Positions 60,643-64,000 of a stretch of 64,000 nt of DNA are shown piece by piece. Made by a program: the position numbers and the translations under genes. The stretch is from Chthoniobacteraceae bacterium (GTDB taxonomy: Bacteria > Verrucomicrobiota > Verrucomicrobiia > Chthoniobacterales > Chthoniobacteraceae), in assembly GCA_031409335.1 (NCBI GenBank), contig JANNWY010000012.1, forward strand, positions 1 through 64,000, read 5' to 3'. Under the pieces are notes generated by a model. That model did not search any database and was not told where the DNA came from. It worked only from the letters and a program-made list of their open reading frames with translations. Position 1 is the stretch's first letter; each line of letters opens with the position of its first letter.

Positions 60643-61743
60643 ATGATCAGCGAACCAAGCGTCGCCGAAAAAAGACCGCAACCCAGCGTCGCTGAATGGA
60701 AGGAAATCGTGGCCGAGTTTCAAAAACCCTCCGCATGGCGCGCCTCGTGGCAGATCGTCAACACGTTCGGCTCGTTCGTGCTGGTGTGGTGGCTGATGTA
60801 TTTGAGTCTCGCGGTTTCATGGTGGCTCACCGTTCCGCTCGCGGTGCTCGCTGGCGGATTGCTGGTGCGCGTGTTCATCATTTTTCACGACTGCGGCCAC
60901 GGCTCGTTTTTCAAATCCCGGCTCGCGAATGACATCACGGGCTTCATCGCCGGAGTCTTGAATTTTACGCCGTACTACCACTGGCGCTGGGAACACGCGA
61001 TCCATCACGCCAGTTCCGGCGACCTCGACCGGCGCGGCACCGGCGATGTGTGGACGATGACGGTGAAGGAATACCGCGCCTCGTCGCGCTGGTGCCGCTT
61101 CGGCTACCGCGTCGTGCGCAATCCGCTCGTCCTGCTTTTCGTCGCGCCGTTTTACCTGTTCATGATCCGCGAACGTTTCCCGACCGCCGGTGCCAGCCCG
61201 CGCGACCGCCGTTCGGTGTGGTGGATGAATCTCGCCCTCGTCGCGATGATCGTCACGCTGGGTTCGGTGTTTGGTTTCAAGGAATACCTCATCATCCAAC
61301 TCATCGTCTCGATGACGGGCGGCGCGGCGGGCGTGTGGATGTTCTATGTGCAGCACCAGTTTGAGGACACCTACTGGGAACGCCGCGAGGATTGGGATTT
61401 CACCGCCGCCGCACTCCAGGGCAGCTCCTTTTACAAACTACCCGCGATCCTCCAGTGGTTCTCCGGCAACATTGGCTTCCACCACATCCACCACCTCAGC
61501 TCGCGCATCCCGAATTACAGCCTCGAACGCTGCCACAAATCGCATCCGATGTTTGAAGCCGTGAAACCCATCACCCTGCGCACCAGCCTGAAATCCCTCC
61601 GCTTCCGGCTGTGGGATGAGGAACACCGCAAACTTGTCGGTTTTGAAAGCCGTGGGAAGACCGATCACAAACCCGATTCCGCGAGCAGCGCGGCGACCAG
61701 CGCGAAGCACGATTCCGAAGCGCCCGCCGCTTCACGCCGCTGA
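60643..61743 (+). CDS. Membrane fatty acid desaturase
   Basis: His boxes HDCGH, HAIHH, YVQH, HHIHH. Confidence 0.93.
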   Translation: MISEPSVAEKRPQPSVAEWKEIVAEFQKPSAWRASWQIVNTFGSFVLVWWLMYLSLAVSWWLTVPLAVLAGGLLVRVFIIFHDCGHGSFFKSRLANDITGFIAGVLNFTPYYHWRWEHAIHHASSGDLDRRGTGDVWTMTVKEYRASSRWCRFGYRVVRNPLVLLFVAPFYLFMIRERFPTAGASPRDRRSVWWMNLALVAMIVTLGSVFGFKEYLIIQLIVSMTGGAAGVWMFYVQHQFEDTYWERREDWDFTAAALQGSSFYKLPAILQWFSGNIGFHHIHHLSSRIPNYSLERCHKSHPMFEAVKPITLRTSLKSLRFRLWDEEHRKLVGFESRGKTDHKPDSASSAATSAKHDSEAPAASRR

Positions 61744-63375
61744 GATCGGGCGGGAGGTTTTGGACTGAGGGACCGGGGTGTCGTGCTTTTCCACTGCGCG
61801 ATCCGACGGGTAGGAGACGCGGGTGTGCATCATGCTTTGCAGCGTGAATTTGAAACTCTCGGAGAGCACTTCCAGTTCGCGCATCGTCAGGTCGCATTCC
61901 TTCAGTTGCCCGTCGATGAGCCGTTTCGCGATGATGTCGGTGACGAGCTGATCGATCTTTTGCGGGGTCACGCGTTCGAGGCTGCGTGATGCACTTTCGA
62001 TGCAATCCGCAAGGCTGATGATGGCGCACTCGCGGGTCTGCGGCTTGGGGCCGGGGTAGCGGAAACTTTCTTCGCGCACTTCGGGGATGTCGTCTTCGCG
62101 AATGTTCATGATCTTGCCGCCGGCACGCTGATCTTCCTGCTGCTGCTGCGCGCGTTTGTAAAAATACGCGATCGTCGATGTGCCGTGGTGCTGCTGGATG
62201 ATGTCGATGATTTGTTGCTTGAGACCGTTTTTGAGCGCGAGGTCCACGCCTTCTTTCACATGCGCGATGATGATGAGCGCGCTCATCGTCGGCGCGAGAT
62301 CGTCGTGGGGATTGCGGTCGCGCCGCATGTTTTCGGTGAAATACTCGGGCTTCACGAGCTTGCCGATGTCGTGAAAATACGAGCACACCCGCGCCATCGC
62401 CGCGTTTGCACCGATCGTCTCCGCGGCGGATTCCGCGAGATTTGCGACGACGAGGCTGTGCTGGTACGTGCCGGGCGCTTCGATCATCATGCGCTTGAGC
62501 AGGGGGTGATTGAGGTCGGCGAGTTCCAGCCAGGAAATGTCCGTGGTGACGCGAAACATTGACTCGAAAACGGGCAGCGCGCCGCTGACGACGAACGCCG
62601 TGAGAATCGCGCCGCCGACGGCGACGATTGCCTGCCAGCCGATCAGTTTCCAATTGGTGCCGCCGAGCGAATCCCACGCGATCGGTGCCATCCAGTCGAA
62701 CATGAGCGCGAGCACCAAGGTGGTGAACCCGACAAACAGCCCGGCGCGAATCAATTGGCCGCGCCGCCGGACGCGGAGCGTGACAAAGACCGCGACGAAT
62801 CCAGTGATGAGGCTGATGACCAGGAAACGCGCGTCGATCGAGCGGTGGAGCATCGCGCCCCACAGGCTCACGAAAGTCGCGGCGAACAGGCCGCGATTGC
62901 GACCGAGCAGGACGGACAGGGTGAGCGGCGCCAGCGAGAAGGGAAGCGCCAGCCGCCAGAGCTGATGCATTTCCAGCCCGCTGAATTGACCGGCTGGCAC
63001 CAACTCGCTTTGGAGCACCTGAGTGTCGGCGGTGATGAGAATAATCTTCATCGCGGCGAGGTGCATGAGGCAGACGGTGAAGATCAGGGCGACGCAGGAA
63101 TTGCTTGCGAAGGATGGCTGGTGATTGATCCAAAGCTGCGCGAGCGCGGTGAGAAAGATGAGACCGGCGATGAAGCCTTTTTCCAGCGGCTGATCGATGC
63201 TGTCCGAGTAAATCAGCGCGCACAGCCCGAGCATGAAAAGCGCGAAGATTGCGACCTTCGCTGACAGGCCGCTCTCGAGCGTATGCATGAGTTCGCTCTC
63301 GGTGCGCCTGCGGCGCAACTTCGAGGAGGCGAGTCCCTTTTTAACGAGACGCTGACGTTCTAAGAAACCGAGCAT
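61732..63375 (-). CDS. 7TM-HD (HDIG) phosphohydrolase, PgpH-like
   Basis: Multiple TM segments, LLELA-like WLELAD, EAPGTYQHS, HDIGK, QHHGT, RYPGPKP, ADCIE. Confidence 0.9.
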   Translation of the reverse strand: MLGFLERQRLVKKGLASSKLRRRRTESELMHTLESGLSAKVAIFALFMLGLCALIYSDSIDQPLEKGFIAGLIFLTALAQLWINHQPSFASNSCVALIFTVCLMHLAAMKIILITADTQVLQSELVPAGQFSGLEMHQLWRLALPFSLAPLTLSVLLGRNRGLFAATFVSLWGAMLHRSIDARFLVISLITGFVAVFVTLRVRRRGQLIRAGLFVGFTTLVLALMFDWMAPIAWDSLGGTNWKLIGWQAIVAVGGAILTAFVVSGALPVFESMFRVTTDISWLELADLNHPLLKRMMIEAPGTYQHSLVVANLAESAAETIGANAAMARVCSYFHDIGKLVKPEYFTENMRRDRNPHDDLAPTMSALIIIAHVKEGVDLALKNGLKQQIIDIIQQHHGTSTIAYFYKRAQQQQEDQRAGGKIMNIREDDIPEVREESFRYPGPKPQTRECAIISLADCIESASRSLERVTPQKIDQLVTDIIAKRLIDGQLKECDLTMRELEVLSESFKFTLQSMMHTRVSYPSDRAVEKHDTPVPQSKTSRPISAA

Positions 63376-63552
63376 GGGCAGGGCACGGCGGAAGATTCGG
63401 GGCGGCGTCTGGCAAAATCAATCGGAAAACCGGCGCAGAGTTTTACGGGATGGATCAGAGCATTTTGGCCATGAGGCGTTTGATTGACGGTCGTGTTTGG
63501 GTGAAGCACCGTGCGGCTCTATGAAACTCGAACTCAACGCGCTCGCGAAATC

Positions 63553-64000
63553 GTGACTGTGACCAAGAAGTCTGCCGCGGAAGGAATTTGTTATCTCGCC
63601 GGAGCCGGTCCCGGGGACATCGGGCTGGTCACTTTGAAGGTGAAGGAGGTCGTGGATCGCGCGGACGTGATCGTCTATGACTACCTGTGCAATCCCGAAA
63701 TCCTCGGGTGGACGAAAGCGGGGGCGGAGATCATTTACGCCGGGAAAAAAGCAGGGCAGCACACGATGAAACAGGGCGATATCGACGCGCTGCTCGTGGC
63801 GAAAACGAAGGCTGGGAAGGTGGTGGTGCGGTTGAAGGGCGGCGATCCGTTTGTGTTCGGTCGCGGCGGCGAGGAGGCCGAGGCGCTGGCGGCCGCGGGG
63901 TTGAGATTTGAGATCATTCCGGGGATCAGTTCGGCGATCGCTGCGCCGGCGTACGCGGGCATCCCGGTGACGCATCGCGATCATACGGCGCAGCTCACCA
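63553..64000 (+). CDS. cobA: Uroporphyrinogen-III C-methyltransferase (partial, runs off the window; missing from the ORF track)
   Basis: YLAGAGPGD.GL.TLK, ADVIVYD.L, VVRLKGGDPFVFGRGGEE, IPGISS..AAP.YAGIPVTHR. Confidence 0.93.
   Translation, partial: MTVTKKSAAEGICYLAGAGPGDIGLVTLKVKEVVDRADVIVYDYLCNPEILGWTKAGAEIIYAGKKAGQHTMKQGDIDALLVAKTKAGKVVVRLKGGDPFVFGRGGEEAEALAAAGLRFEIIPGISSAIAAPAYAGIPVTHRDHTAQLT

Overview
GC-rich bacterial chromosome segment. Its gene families (PVC-type heme-binding protein, DxDGDG secreted protein, Lys/Ala-rich 'ARWA' repeat protein) suggest Verrucomicrobiota, probably Chthoniobacterales-like; this is an inference. From left to right it holds: (1) nested IS remnants (1-447); (2) a 23.6-kb minus-strand Wzx/Wzy polysaccharide locus (773-24382) with a bacillosamine-type PglF/E/D/C/A set, several fused enzymes and a translationally coupled PVC-type cytochrome-c dehydrogenase-like gene; (3) NUDIX and ogt; (4) a tight three-gene unit of a secreted protein, a signal peptide-FN3-colicin-D-like toxin and a CPCC-type immunity candidate (27587-29836); (5) a SWIM-SNF2 helicase and infA; (6) a bufferin-type RiPP cluster (BufA2-like precursor, DUF692, DUF2063) near dsbD; (7) a sialidase and a lectin/lyase-like protein; (8) ffh-rpsP-khpA, then a ~330-nt structured intergenic region and a histone-like repeat protein; (9) tRNA-Glu, pabB, a decayed ISL3, an NlpC/P60-like protein, miaA, an RRM protein and tRNA-Arg; (10) a DUF4331-TPR-HupE/UreJ operon; (11) hisG, an ArnT-like transferase, a desaturase, a 7TM-HD hydrolase and a partial cobA. 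The best candidates for undescribed biology are the FN3-toxin/immunity unit, the cytochrome dehydrogenase inside the glycan operon, the structured RNA candidate and the DUF4331 operon. All family calls come from recognising motifs by eye; no database searches were run.
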